This document shows positions 37,601 through 50,300 of a DNA stretch of 64,000 nt, one piece after another (the stretch's first letter is position 1; every line of letters starts with the position of its first letter). The notes below the pieces were generated by a model that searched no databases, was not told the origin of the DNA, and saw nothing but the letters and a program-made list of their open reading frames with translations. The translations under genes were made by a program, and so were the position numbers. Origin of the DNA: Oikopleura dioica. Its lineage: Eukaryota; Animalia; Chordata. The stretch covers positions 2,418,001 through 2,482,000 of the forward strand of contig OU015568.1 in the NCBI GenBank assembly GCA_907165135.1. The letters are read 5' to 3'.

Positions 37601-40267
37601 GAGGTAATTCTATCTACCTCAATCGTTCAGAATAAGAAAAATACCGAGAAAGTAGTTTAAGTATAACCGTGGCATTTTTCCCATTTGATGCCTTCATTAA
37701 ATTTTCAGGAAAAGCCGGCTCCAATCGCCGCTTTCTCTCCCTCCCCAGAACCGAACCTCATCGACTTCCCAGTTCCGAAAGAAGAAGAAGAAGAAGATCT
37801 ATTCTCCCCACCTCGTTCCGTTTCTCCTCCGATTATTCAAACGATTCCTACACAAGCAGCAATCAACACGAATTTGTTAGCTCAAGACGAGATATCGTTC
37901 AAAAACGACTTTGATTACGAAAGCATCATTTCTTCTTTTAAAAACAATGGAGCAGAAAATGCGTTGATGGGAAGTGCGTCTATGCATAATTCTTCGATAA
38001 TTAGACATCTTGGAAACATGCAAAAACGAGGGGAAGGAGTCGATCTGGCGCTGGAATCCACGACCGGCGAAAGAATTTGGGTCCATCGCTTTATCCTTGA
38101 AAGCTTTTGTGCCGATTCTTCTCTGTCTACTTTTGGAAGAATCGCCAAATGTCCGTTTGACAACTTCACAATTTCGATCGCCGTCGAGTTTCTTTACAAA
38201 AACCGGCTGTTTCTAACGCTAGAAAACGCAGACATGTACCTCTCCATCTCTGAGTTCTTTGGCGGAATAGAGTGCCTGGAAATGACAATTCTTGAGTTTC
38301 TTTGCCAGTCTATATCTGACGAAAACTACGCCGACATCATGCAAATCGCGGAGAAATACAACAAATCGAATCTACAAGACTTGATTCTCAATAAAATCTG
38401 CGAGAATGTTTCGGACTATCAAAACGAAATTCTGAAACTTTCGCCTGAATCCTTCATTGAACTCATTCGCCGCGACGAACTAAGCGTTAAATCTGAAGAA
38501 GACGTCGTCGAGCTCGTCAAGAAGTGGACAAAAGAAGACGTTAAAAATAGAACGCTTTGGCTGCCAAAGATTCTCGATCACGTGCGTTTCTCGTGTCTCC
38601 AGCCGAATTTCATCGTGACGCAAATCGCCTCAGACGCGATTTTCTCCGGCCCGTGTTCCGCTTCGATCATGCAGGCCATGTCATATCATCTTTTGGGGAA
38701 TGCCAAGTTTGAAAATGACTTGGCAAAGATGTACCCGAGGAATTCGAGCAAGAATATTTGCGTTGTCGGTGAGTTACGATCACTGAACAGGAAGTAGTTT
38801 TCAACACTTTTTTCAGGTTATACTCGTGACAATACTCAAATCTCCGGCCTGAAGAACTCGCAATGGATTAATTTCGACTCTTCCTGTATTCCCCCTTCTT
38901 TGACTTCCTTTCAAACTGTGACAGTCGAGGGATTCATTTTCATCATTGGCGGCGAGGTGCAAAACTCATCCACTGGCGCCAAGGTTTCCTCAAAATCAGT
39001 TTACATCTACGATCCACGGTAACACCTGCGCTAGATTCTTTAAAAATGATTTCCATATAATTTTAGTCTCGAAGAAATTCGAGAAACTACTCCAATGAGC
39101 TACGGCAGAACGCATTTTTCGGCCGTTTATGTAAGCAGCGGGAAGATTTTCGTTTTTGGCGGGCGAAATAGCGAGACTGGCATTTTGCGAGAGAACGAAG
39201 TTTATGACATCAAATCTGCGAAGTGGACCAGCATCCGGCCTTTGGAACATGGCCGCTGCTCCCATGATGCCTCAGTTGTTGGCGCGAATGTTGTTCTGAC
39301 AGGAGGATATGTTCAGGTTTTAAAACTTTCTTTAAAAAGTCCTAAAGAAATAATTATCCTTTTATAAGTTGTTAAATGAAATGATTAGGAACGAAACGGC
39401 AGGACTAAATACACAAGTTCTGTGATCATGTTCGATACCATCTGCGGGCTTTGGAAGCAAATTGGCGATTTGACAACCCCACGAGGATGGCACAAGAGCA
39501 TCGTGTACCAGGATGAAATTTATGTTTTCGGCGGATACTACCAAGTAGGCAAAATTTATGATATTATGTTATGGATAGAATCATTCGCAATTAGAGCATG
39601 TAAGCAAATGTCTATTTTTGAAAATGTATATTTTCTGCTTGAAGAACTTGCGAGTAAAATTGAATTTCAAAATATTAATTTTATCGTTTTAGAACGCCAC
39701 TCAAAGAATAACTGTCGCTCCGGTTGAAAGAATATCGCTAACCGGATCAACTCAGACGATCGATTTGGACTTGATAATCAACTCGTCGCCAGGTACATCT
39801 TTTTATCGGAATCGCACTACGAAGTAAAGGGCCCTTAGTCTATACCTCGATAATATTTATTATCAGCCTGTCTACTTTTCCCCACGTCTGAAGGTGTTCA
39901 TTACATGGACCTTTGTAATATTTATGTTAGATAGAATATTGTGGTCTAATTCTTTCCTTTCAGGTATTGCGCTAGATGGTAATCAAGTGTATATTACCGG
40001 CGGCTGGGATGAGAAATGGAGGAGATTCTCTCAGGTACGTCATGAATTTCATGAATTGAATTGAAAATGGAAGTCTGATAATTGCGGATTATCCGTATTA
40101 TTTCTTCCTTCCCGTGAACGTATTTGATCTGTCTAAAGCTGAGACTCTAAATTCTTCCATTTCAGATTTGCTTCAAAGTAGATCTGGACACCTTTACCGT
40201 CGAAAAGCTCGAAATGCGACTGCAGAATTCGGTCAACTTCCACCAAACCACTTTTGTTCAATTTTGA
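34678..40267 (+). CDS. BTB-BACK-Kelch (KLHL-family) protein with long acidic N-terminal extension; exon 3 interrupted by a MITE
   Basis: BTB (ERIWVHRFIL...VEFLY), BACK (LSVKSEEDVVELVKKW...LDHVRF) and Kelch repeats (FIIGG, FVFGG, VLTGG, YVFGG, YITGG). Apart from the insertion at 36144-36694, the introns traced are phase-consistent GT-AG. Confidence 0.88.
35084..35479. mobile_element. Tc1/mariner-like MITE (396 bp) in intron 1 of the Kelch gene
   Basis: CAGTG...CACTG termini with ~19-bp imperfect TIRs (cagtgaaaacccaaaattt vs cagtgaaaaacccgaaaatt); TA on both sides (35082-35083 and 35480-35481). Confidence 0.8.
36144..36694. mobile_element. hAT-type MITE (551 bp) with 12-bp TIRs and 8-bp TSD, inside a coding exon
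   Basis: TIRs ctagggtcggac / gtccgaccctag; TSD cccagaag at 36136-36143 and 36695-36702; many internal ccttactaagg / ccttagtaagg subterminal motifs. Confidence 0.93.
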
Positions 40268-41639
40268 AAACATCTTGCCTTTATACGAAAAAACCAAAAC
40301 GATAGAAAAATCTTCAAAATGAGAAAAAATATCTTTTCAGCATAAAATAACTAGACTGTATTTTAAAATATTTCTTTTATTTAAATCTGTAAAATTACAC
40401 CGTTTTACCTTACATTTCAACAAAAAAGAGAGCCTAGAAAACTGGGCTAGAAAAAAATAACAAAAAAATGATCTATTTACCGCGGGAATTCATTTTCTGC
40501 TCTTCTTTCTGCTACTTCAAAACTGTTCTTGAAAAATTTCAAAAAAAAAATACAAAAATAAAAATTCTGACAAAACTGATAACGAATCTCTTGGTTGACA
40601 TTTATTTCACAGCATTGGCAAAATAAGTTTCTCTGATAATTTTTATCTACCGGAAAAGATGGGTAAGAGTCAATTTGGGCTCGTTTGAGAGTGAATTCAA
40701 AAATATGCTCTCCTCGAAATCAGCGAGGAAGTCTTCTATCATCTGCTCATGGCTTGGTTCCGAATCTGAAATTTAATGGTTTTTCTTACAAAATAAATGA
40801 TTATGCCGAAAAACAGGCTTTTCTCTTACAAGGTCTTTATTTTTACAATCAACTCTGTTTCTTACCAAAAGAAGAAGCCCAGGAAATTGCATTTCCATTC
40901 GCAGAAATAGCAAAAAGGACCATCGGAAAAAGTTTCATTTTTCTTTCAATTTTTTGAAAGATCACAGCGTTCTTCAGTTTATATGAAGAAGGCGAGGCGC
41001 ACGCAATATGCGCAGCAAAAGCATAAGCCGGCTCGTAGGGGATGAAACTCGAGAAGTGAGCGACTGGTAATGGAAAAGATTAAACGCCCAGTCGGATTTA
41101 TAATGAATGTACATTGTTCATTATTCTGTATTTTCTTTACCTACTGTCAGATCGTCCATGGGATCAGCGGAAAGGGATATTGAAAGGGTAAACAATTACG
41201 ACGGTGAAGGTAAGTTCAATGTCGGATATTTCAGATTTGCGCATTTAAAATGCGGCATTTTCTATACGAATGCGAATTTGGAAGTATGAACTTTCATCTA
41301 AATAGTGATATTAAAAAGCAGACATTGATAAAGTTTCTTAACATTTTTCCGCTTCGGTTTTTACCAAAAATAAAGGTGTCAACAGTCAAAATTATGCTCC
41401 AAGAAATTCATTGAAATTGGAGCTTCCACGCCTTTTTTTATTATCACTTTAAACTTATATGTATTGTGTTATTTATATGCTTTAATGTTTAATTTGAAAT
41501 TTTCTATTTCCGAAATAACTCAAGCGCAAATGTCTAAAACTTCGATTCTCATACATATACCTATCTGCTAGCAATCACGCAATCAAACAATCAATGCACC
41601 TTGTATTTTGTACAAATTATTTTATTACATCTTTATTCG

Positions 41640-43503
41640 TTAGTCTATTTTCTTAGCCATCAGATGTTCCTGTATCTGTTCCATCGTTTCCTTTATTTCG
41701 CCGAAAGAATTAAAATTCGAAGCAGACGAGCAGTCCATCGAAAGGTGCTGATTGAAGCTTGACATGATGGTTTCCATTGACGTTAATCGCCGGACACTTA
41801 ATACATATTTTAAGCAGAAACATAAAGCCTTTTAAATCAGCCTGAACATCATGGAATTAGCTTAAATTCGTCTGTGGTCTGTACCTTAGTCCTCTGTGCA
41901 GACAGGGATCCGTTTCAATCTCCGTCCCTGCCGACTCAGGAACATCAGGGAACAGATCATTCTCAAGCACCCTCAGTCCCAGGCAAACTTCCCCCAGCGG
42001 CTTCATTTCTAGTTGCATTCTTTCAAAAGCAAGGCCGAAATTCATGCTTGAATCGGGATAGCTTGCGTATTGCTGAGCATTGAGGAGACTTGATATTCGA
42101 TTAAGGGCATCAAAAGACATGATAATGAAGGATTTCTCGGCTGAAAGTTTTCTTTAAAAAGAATTGAAAATAGTCAACTTACGAATGATTTTAGGGAAAT
42201 CAGTGAAAGTATATTCCTTGCGCATTTCGTCGGGTATAAAACCGATGTCAAACGGGTCATCCGATTCTGCCCATCCTTGTATCGGACACGCGCCTATGAA
42301 TTCATGGTCAGTTATCTGATCGAGTCGCCATTCTAGCTGCTTTGGAAAGAGAACAACGTCCACATCGACAATTATGATTTTGTCGCCATTAAAATTGCCT
42401 CGCAAAAAACTGAAGTTGACCCTCAAATATGTAGAATAATCATTAAATATGGCATAAACTATTAACTGATAACTATCAAAACTTTTGATTCAAAATTATA
42501 TCAAAGAGAGTCCGATCCTTAATGCCACCTTATCAACGATAGGAGTATTGTACTCTCTTGAAAGCACTGGCACTTGTAGCACGTCATTTATCAGCGTATC
42601 TTCAAACGCGCCAATGGTTATTACGTGGAAAACGCAGATATCGTACTTCGAGGGCCAGTACTTTTGATTGCCCCAGCTATCGCGGACTTCATTGCGCTTT
42701 GCGTGATCACGCGCGGCGGATCTGACCAAAATGGCGAGATTCGAAGTTGGTGAGCAAGGATAGGGAACTTCAAATGGAACGATTTCTCCTCGACGACGAA
42801 AATTTGACCAAATGTTTAATCTTTCTGCTTTTCCGGTGAAAGAGAGTCGGTCTTGTTTCACCGTGCTTTAAAGAGTTCAAGAAAGTTTGAAAAAATTTTA
42901 AGCAGAAAAAAGAAAGACTTGAACTTTTCCTGAACTGCGCCAATTCATGATGTTTTTCGACAAGTCTCGTAGCCCAAGTTTGCATCACTCCCGCCGGAAC
43001 AACATTTGGCTTGATTTGATGCACTTGCACTTGGTTGTTAACTTTTCCCTTCGGATCACAAGTGTAGCAAATGTCTTTTCCTTTGACATGCGAGTTGTCG
43101 AGTCTCATGCCAAAATTCTCTCCATGATTTGCTTCTCGCACTGTGAAATCTTCGAGAGGAATCTTATGCTAAAAATTTTGCTTACAAATTGATTAAACCT
43201 TAACTTGCCTGGACAATTTTGCCATTCAATTTGTCCCTAGATTCTTTCTGTATTTTCGAGTTTGCAATCATATAAACCTCGTTCTCGGGATCGTCGATCT
43301 TTTCATTTAAAGAAGGTCTGTTGAAGCTCTTCCAGTTATCCGATGATCTGTAATTTTGCGGCGCAAAGTCATTTTCATTTCGAATCAGATCTCAAAACTC
43401 AACTCAGAAAGCGATCCTTGTTTCTTTACTTACTTGAAAGATTTTTGAAGAGCAAGATAATCACGATGCAAAGAAGAAGACTGCTTTCTCTCAAATTCCT
43501 CAT
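41640..43503 (-). CDS. GT31-family beta-1,3-glycosyltransferase (B3GALT/B3GNT-like), type II membrane protein
   Basis: N-terminal TM MRNLRESSLLLCIVIILLFK; LAILVRSAARDHAKRNEVRDSWG motif; DxD in IVDVDVVL; spliceable short exons ending at MAKKID*. Confidence 0.8.
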
Positions 43504-44405
43504 CGTTTATATTTTGACTTTAAGAAACTCGATGCGGAATAAGATAAAAGTCCGGTCGGAAAATAACAATATTATCGGTCTTTAGGGCCGATCGGTTGTT
43601 TTATTGAAATTAGCAATTTCTTGATGTAGCAGAAGAAAGAAGCGACGTTTTAGTTTTGATATTGCAGGTGGGATTGTCTTCACTGGAGGCTTTCAGTCCA
43701 AGAAAGTCTTCGATGATGATGTTTTCAAATTTTAAAAGGTCAAGCATGCTTAGGGTTTTTCACGGAACGGCGCGGCCCGCTCTGGGGTCCATCCACGAAT
43801 ATTAAAAGTCTTCTATTGAAGCAAAATTGATAATTCAAAAAATGAAACGTACTAATTCAAGGGAATAGATTCATAATATTGCATTTGTTTTTCTTTCGAA
43901 TGCAAGAATTCGCTGTAAGACGGTTTTTCTTACTCAATTTCGACTTTTGTATCTGAGTACATCAAAATACACTCTCTATTTTCAAATATGTAGGAAATAA
44001 GATGTTTAATTTTCAGCTCTCAAAATTTGGGATTTCGGAAACTTTCGGAAGGTGTTCAAATCGTCAGATAAGTGAGTGAAAGTGACTGCGCGCTAGTGCT
44101 TTACGCCGCTGCGCGGGACGCCCAAAAAGCATTAGCGCGCGCCATAATCCCAGCGGGTGGTTTCTATGACCTAGTATCCCAAATCTGATGCGAATTACAC
44201 CGTGTGATTTGCACAAACAATTTCCCGGAAGTGTCAAGCTTCGTATTTGAGATGAATTAGACGGATTTATATCACTCGGAACAACAAAACTGATGAGATC
44301 TTTTTTTATCATCCTTATCATTATTGCACCACCACCAGGTCAGAATTTTTAATTATTTTCAGATATTTGAAATCAGCAGCTCAAGTAACACTTATTTTGA
44401 AATTT

Positions 44406-45797
44406 TCAGGCCCATTGAATGATATACCACTTTCCGTGAAAAACCCTAAGCATGCTGCCCTCATTTTTCTGGTGCCGGTCGATGAGGATCGAAAAAACGA
44501 CGGAATATGCACTCTCTCCGGTGACCTGAGCGATTCGCTTAGAAAGACGATCCAGGTCTGCGGATGATTTTGTTCGTGTGATAAGATACTCGCGGGATTC
44601 TAGCTTTTCCATCGCGAAAACCATATCCAACCTGAAGGATGAAAAAATGGAAATACAAGCATTTATCTTACTGTGAGGTAAGAAAGTCGATATTTTTATC
44701 ATCGTAGATAGTCTTCTGAACAATATATTATTAAAATTCTGCAGCTTGGTTAGTCCCGCATGGTCTAGGGGTTAGGATTCCGGATTCTCACTCCGGCGGC
44801 CCGGGTTCGATTCCCGGTGCGGGAGGACTTTTTGAGTCATCGGCCCGAAGTACCGTTTTGAGCCGATGTCGGGCCATTTTTACCTTGATCCTTGCTAATT
44901 CTAGCTCAACTTGAAAATCCTCGGAGAAGGGAATGAAGCCGTAGAAGTTGTAAAGATCGAAATCTGTTTTCGAAGTCCCATAGTTGACAAAAAGTTCATG
45001 TCCTTTAGCGATTTTCGTTTTGGCGAAGATTTCAAACGCTGTCTTCTGTTGATTCCATCTGTATTCGCAGTTGAAGTCCTGGTGGTGGTTTATCAAATCG
45101 ATAGCTGGACAAAGGACGAAATCCGCAGAGTTTTCGACTTCAATCTTCATCCCTCCTTCGTCCTTACATCGTTCTGGAGAGCCACTAAAGCTCCGACTGA
45201 GAATAACTGAAAAGCACCAGTCTAATGTCTCCTTGTTGATTTCATTCCTTCAAAAATTTATGAAGGCCAAAGAAAATTGCTGTAGCTGTACTTGTTTTGA
45301 TGAAGGAAATTTGATGCTACTTTCAGCTTTTGTTTCAGACATTTGGAAGGTAATCTGACTTTAGCTGTGAGCAAATTGAGCTCCTTATCCTCGAGCATGA
45401 AAGGATTCCAGAGCTCATCGGGAATCGACTCCAAAAAAGCTCTCCACTTCGAATCGGGCTTTGAAAACTCAAGATAGATGGCAACGACGAGAAGGTCCGT
45501 CCCGTTGAGAGAGAATCTTTCTAGAATGAACTCAGTTATGAACCTTTCACGTGGTCAGAATTTACTGAGTTGAGAGACTGATTTATCGCTCTCGATGACG
45601 TGCTGCGCTTTTCTTGTCGTTAGCAAGGCGTTGATAGGCACACTGAAATACAGTTCATCCTTTATTATAGACGGGTTGGGAACATATCGCTACAGAAATA
45701 TGGTCAACCTGATGAGAAGCTCATTTTCTTCGATCGACGATTCGCAAAAGACCCCACGACCGAAATTTCCAGCGTCAAGTTTTATTTTTTCTGACAT
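44406..45797 (-). CDS. SET-domain methyltransferase of the Rubisco-LSMT/SETD3/4/6 class (SETD4-like)
   Basis: FGRGVFCESSIEENELLISVP; SKWRAFLESIP; LCPAIDLINH; ELFVNYG...YNFYGF; GT-AG introns. Confidence 0.82.
44754..44825 (+). tRNA. tRNA-Glu (anticodon CTC)
   Basis: Acceptor stem TCCCGCA/TGCGGGA; anticodon arm CCGGA-TT CTC AC-TCCGG; T-loop GGTTCGATTCC; 72 nt; T5 Pol III terminator at 44829-44833. Confidence 0.95.
44829..44833 (+). terminator. RNA polymerase III terminator (T5) of tRNA-Glu
   Basis: TTTTT run starting 4 nt after the tRNA 3' end. Confidence 0.75.
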
Positions 45798-46522
45798 AAA
45801 AATACTTTTTCCTGGATCACCTTATTGACAATCGCCGATTTATTCTTTAGGGAGCGAGCATAAGAGACAATAAAGTCTGGTTAAACCGAAGCATTAGTAA
45901 TTTATAATTTATAAAGCGGCTTAAAATTTCTTTGTTTAGTTCGAATGTCTTGATGATCCAATAACTAAAAACTTCTCTGAGATTTTCAAAATGATCTTTC
46001 ATCTTTGAATTTGTTTAGTTATTTTTTTTGAAGACTGAACGAGGTGTGTCCTCTCAGAATATTTTTTGAAGTCTTTACTTGTTGAAAGATGGTGATTTCA
46101 AAGCTAGAACCAGCTTGCTTTCTCGAAAGTTTAAACAACAAGTGATGGGGATTGATTGCGATAAGCAGAGTCTTATTGTCTGCTTACTGTCTTTCTGTGG
46201 CTTTGTTTCCGTGCTAGATTTATAACATCCGTCGACTAACATTTTGAAAAACTAATTCTTTACTCTATCTTTCAAAAATAATCAAAAAATGAAAATCTAG
46301 CTTCCTCTTTGACTAATCTTTGATCTTTTATGTTCAATAAGTTGCTATCTTTCTTATCATAGAACGCATCTCAAACTTATCATCTGGAGGAAATGAGTTC
46401 TTTCATCATGAATCATGATTGATTACAGCTGTTGTTCTTGCGCCACCTTTTCTCAATCCTCATATAAGTGGTCGACTGAGATTTTTCATTCAGAACAAAT
46501 AGAAATTTAAAAATCACCAACA

Positions 46523-47035
46523 ATGTGCATCAACTGCAAAGGAACTCCATTTCAAACGAAATTCGGCAGATGCAAACTTCAATATTCCAACCTCGGCAAA
46601 ACTGTCGTCCCCGGTCTTGGAATCGTCTCTGTCCTTGCCATATCCGAGATCGGTTCCCGAGTCGTCCACACTTTCTACGACACCGGTTTTCTTGAAGAAG
46701 CTTTTCTTAAAAATGGTGCTCTGACAACTGCTCAAGCGGACGCGATTTTGAACCTCATGAACGAAGATCACGATCAAGAAGTCGAAAAATTAGCGATCAA
46801 CCTCGCCCGCGCCGAACTGAAGCGAAAACTGGAAGTGCCAAAGAAAATCAAGCTGTCATCAAAGCCGAAGAAACCTCTCACTGACGAAGAACTCATCAAG
46901 CTTTTTGGAGAAGCTGACGAACCATCAGCTCAGGCTCCTCAAAAGAAGCGAGCGAAGAAAATCAACAAGAAAAAGCCGAATCAAGGAAAAGCACCAAATG
47001 CGATTCGAAAGACGAAGAAACCTGCTCGACTCTAA
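46523..47035 (+). CDS. Hypothetical 170-aa protein with a Lys-rich, possibly nuclear, C-terminus
   Basis: Clean single-exon ORF between the SET gene and the dynein 3' end, with coding-like composition. No family recognised. Confidence 0.55.
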   Translation: MCINCKGTPFQTKFGRCKLQYSNLGKTVVPGLGIVSVLAISEIGSRVVHTFYDTGFLEEAFLKNGALTTAQADAILNLMNEDHDQEVEKLAINLARAELKRKLEVPKKIKLSSKPKKPLTDEELIKLFGEADEPSAQAPQKKRAKKINKKKPNQGKAPNAIRKTKKPARL

Positions 47036-47311
47036 TTTTTCAAACTTTACTGCCATTTCTGATATTTCTGCAAATAAAAATTAAGAAAATTATTCAAGAA
47101 AGGGATAGTAAATGCAAGCATAGTCAGGATTCGACAAGACGAATACTGACTTAAAAATCTTTTTATTTAATTATTTTATTATTTTGATATATATATTTAT
47201 AATTTACAAGATGCAGCAGAGAAATGTTGCATTAAATAAAATAGATTTTTTTATACAAATATAATTTGTTGAGTATAAAAATAAAATTTAGAAGCGAGAA
47301 GCTTCTTTCTT

Positions 47312-50300
47312 TTAGTCGTCCAGCGAGCAGAGTGCGCAGACACCTCGTTTGACCCAGTGAGCTTGAGGGAGGTCTGAAAAGAAGAAACGGTTAAGGGGGA
47401 GTCGTATTGGATTACGAGTTACCTGATTTGAGCTTGAGGAAGAGGACGAAGTTGGTAGAGTGACCGGTCGTGGAGAGGGTACCCTAAAGTTGATGATTAT
47501 AAAAAGCAGCGGTAGTTTAAATCTCACCTTTCGTTCTGATGTCTTGTAAGTCGGGCACTCGTAGCATCCGTCCATGGAAATCTCGACCTTCTTCATCGGC
47601 TTGAACCAAATGATGGGCATCGATTCGAAAAGGATCTTGTGATGGGATTCGACCAGAGATCCGCGCTCACGGTCCCATCGGGCTCCTTCGAGGTAAACAC
47701 CGGCGCAGTAGACACCATCGTCTGGCTGTGGAAGGGGGTTTGACCAGAACTGTTTTGGGAATCCTGTTTTTCGGAAATTTTAATTTAGCAACTTTCAAAA
47801 AACAAAAAAAAAATAATCAAGAAGGGTGAAAATTTCTAAAATTTCAAAGAATCATGATTTTGAAATTGAATCAATTGAGAATCATGCGATTTGATGAGAA
47901 CGAAATAAGAAAGATAATTTCTTATTCTTAAAAAATGATTTTCGTGATTTTGGTAGTCATGCTTTTTTGGCAAACCTCCCGGCAGGTCGGCTGTGTCCTT
48001 TGGAAGGACTTCAAAGTCGAACTCGACGGCGTCGATAGGGATGGTGTATCGTCGGGCAAAGTTCTGTCTTGCACCAGTCAAGAAAGCCTTGAAAAGGGAT
48101 GAGGATATATTTTGAGAATTATTATTTTACCTGAGTGAAGTAGAAACCAGAGAGCCAGAAGACAGTTGGCTTGCCGTTTTCGTACCATTCTTGGAAGAAG
48201 TTCAATCTGAAAAACAATTCTTGAGCTTGATTTTCGAAGAGAAAAAAGTTTACCTGGCGAGGAAATCGGTGATGTATCCAGCAAGAGGCTTGAGCGAGGG
48301 ATAGGATCGTTTCATCCAAGCATCGGGGACTTTACCAATGAGCAGAGCTCGGGCGATATTTTCTAACTCGGCGTTCATGACAATGAAACCGGCGATGGCT
48401 TTCTTCATGTTGATGAGGGAGATTCGGATGGTGCGGAGCAAGTTGTTGAATCGCTCCATTTCTTGGACGAGGACAGTGTTCATGGACTCGTTGTACTCGA
48501 CGGGGAATCGCTTCATTGCCGCGTCCAAGTCGAAATCGGCCGGCAGTTTGCCGAGGATATCGTTGACGATATCGCTGAGGGCTTCGTCCGAGCCACCGCC
48601 GCCTCCACCGCCAGCAGTAGCACCAGTGGTGAGGAGAATCGAGTCAAAGACCATCTTCGTTTCTTGCAATTCCTTGGTGATGTTGACGTTGTCGTGCATT
48701 CCGAAGATCTCGGGAACTTGCTCGGGAATCGTTCGGATGAACTCGAGGTAGTGATCGTAGTCGCCATCTGGTGGAATGTGGAAGAGACCGGAAGGACAGA
48801 GCTTGTGCTGGTTCTGGTGAACGACTTCGCGGGAGTAGAAGATTCGGAGGAGATCCATCAGCAATCTTCGATCCTTGTCGTCAGTAACTCGACCACCGTA
48901 GTTACACTCACCTGTGAGGTAAGTAATCGCCTCGTATGGAATTTCTTCGTACTGATTCATGAAGATCTGCAGCTGACGCACAGAAATTCGCATATCAGAC
49001 TCGTTGAATCCATAGGCGATATTCCAACCGATTGGACCAAACTTTCTTCGCTCCTGGACAAGAGCGTGGAAGAAACAAAGAGAGAAAAGCAGTCGGGTGA
49101 AGGCGGATTGTTTTTCTTCGGCAACACCAGCAAAGAAAACAGGATCAGAGATTGGATCGGCCAGGTAAGAAGCGAGAATGTTGTTCTTGAGACCAGTGGG
49201 AGGCTCATTTGTCATTTTGACGGAGTTCTGAAGGACCGAAACGGGGAATTTGTCGGATGGGTAAGAAGTAAGCCAGAGTCGGAAATCGGGGTGAATGTTC
49301 TCGGGGTTCATCTCTTCGCAAAGACGCTCCATCGCGGGCATCCATGAGACTGCCAAGTGACAGTTCTGAAGACAGACCCAGGAGCCATTCTCCATCGCAG
49401 CCTTGATCATTCGCATGGCAATTGGACCCTGTCCCTGACCAAGCGAGATAGCGCCGAATTTATCTCCATCCATGGACATTTGGGAGGCAAATTTGAGTAG
49501 AGCCGCCATAGGATCGGCACCAGGGGAAAGAACGAAAACAATTGGTGAATCGCAAGAGGAATCGTTGAAAGATCCGTGCAGATCGAAAGGTGGTGGGGAG
49601 ACAAAGATGTTTCCGAGCTTTTCGCTGATGAACTTTGACATGGCGGGAATGGCCTTGTCAGGTCGGAGACATCGAACGATGATCATTTTCTGCATTGGGG
49701 TGAGTTTCTCATTCCAGGGCGCGGGGTACTCGACATTGAAGGGAGTAGCGGAATCGTAAACGGCCTTCCATGACTCACAATCGGATGTGAACGAGCTTAG
49801 GAAGCCAGTAAACTGAGACAAATCAGACATACGGCAGATTTCGTCCCAGCTCTTGTCGGAGAGCCAGCCGGAGGACGGATTGGCCTTGGTGTTTTCCAAA
49901 CCGACACCGCCAGTGAGGAAGAACATAAGCTCTTCGTTGGTGAGTTCATTCTTTGACTTGAGGATGTTAGTGCAGAGAATGAAGGAGAAAAGAAGTTTGT
50001 CCTTTTCGAAAAGCGATCGGCAGACGTTACAGTACAAACTGTAAGTGAAGAAGTCCTTGAGGTAGCGAAGACGCTTCTCCAAGTTCTTGGTCTTGTTAGA
50101 ATCTTTGATGGCTCGAACATAGAGATTTACGAACCATTCAAGTGAGTACTGGTACATAGGATCGATGTTGGGCAACTCGGTGAGTGAGAAGAAGAGAACG
50201 GACGAGTGGAAGGCCACTGGTCGGTATCCTTCTCGAGATTCCTTGATCTTAACTTCGGTTTCTTCGGCGATCTTCTGTTTCTTTTCGATTTCGTTAGAAA

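Noticed and set aside
47970-47980. Apparent GG donor in the dynein 3' region
   Set aside because: A canonical GT donor joined to the second AG of a tandem acceptor (cagccAG|ac) keeps the frame (ADLPGDDGVY).
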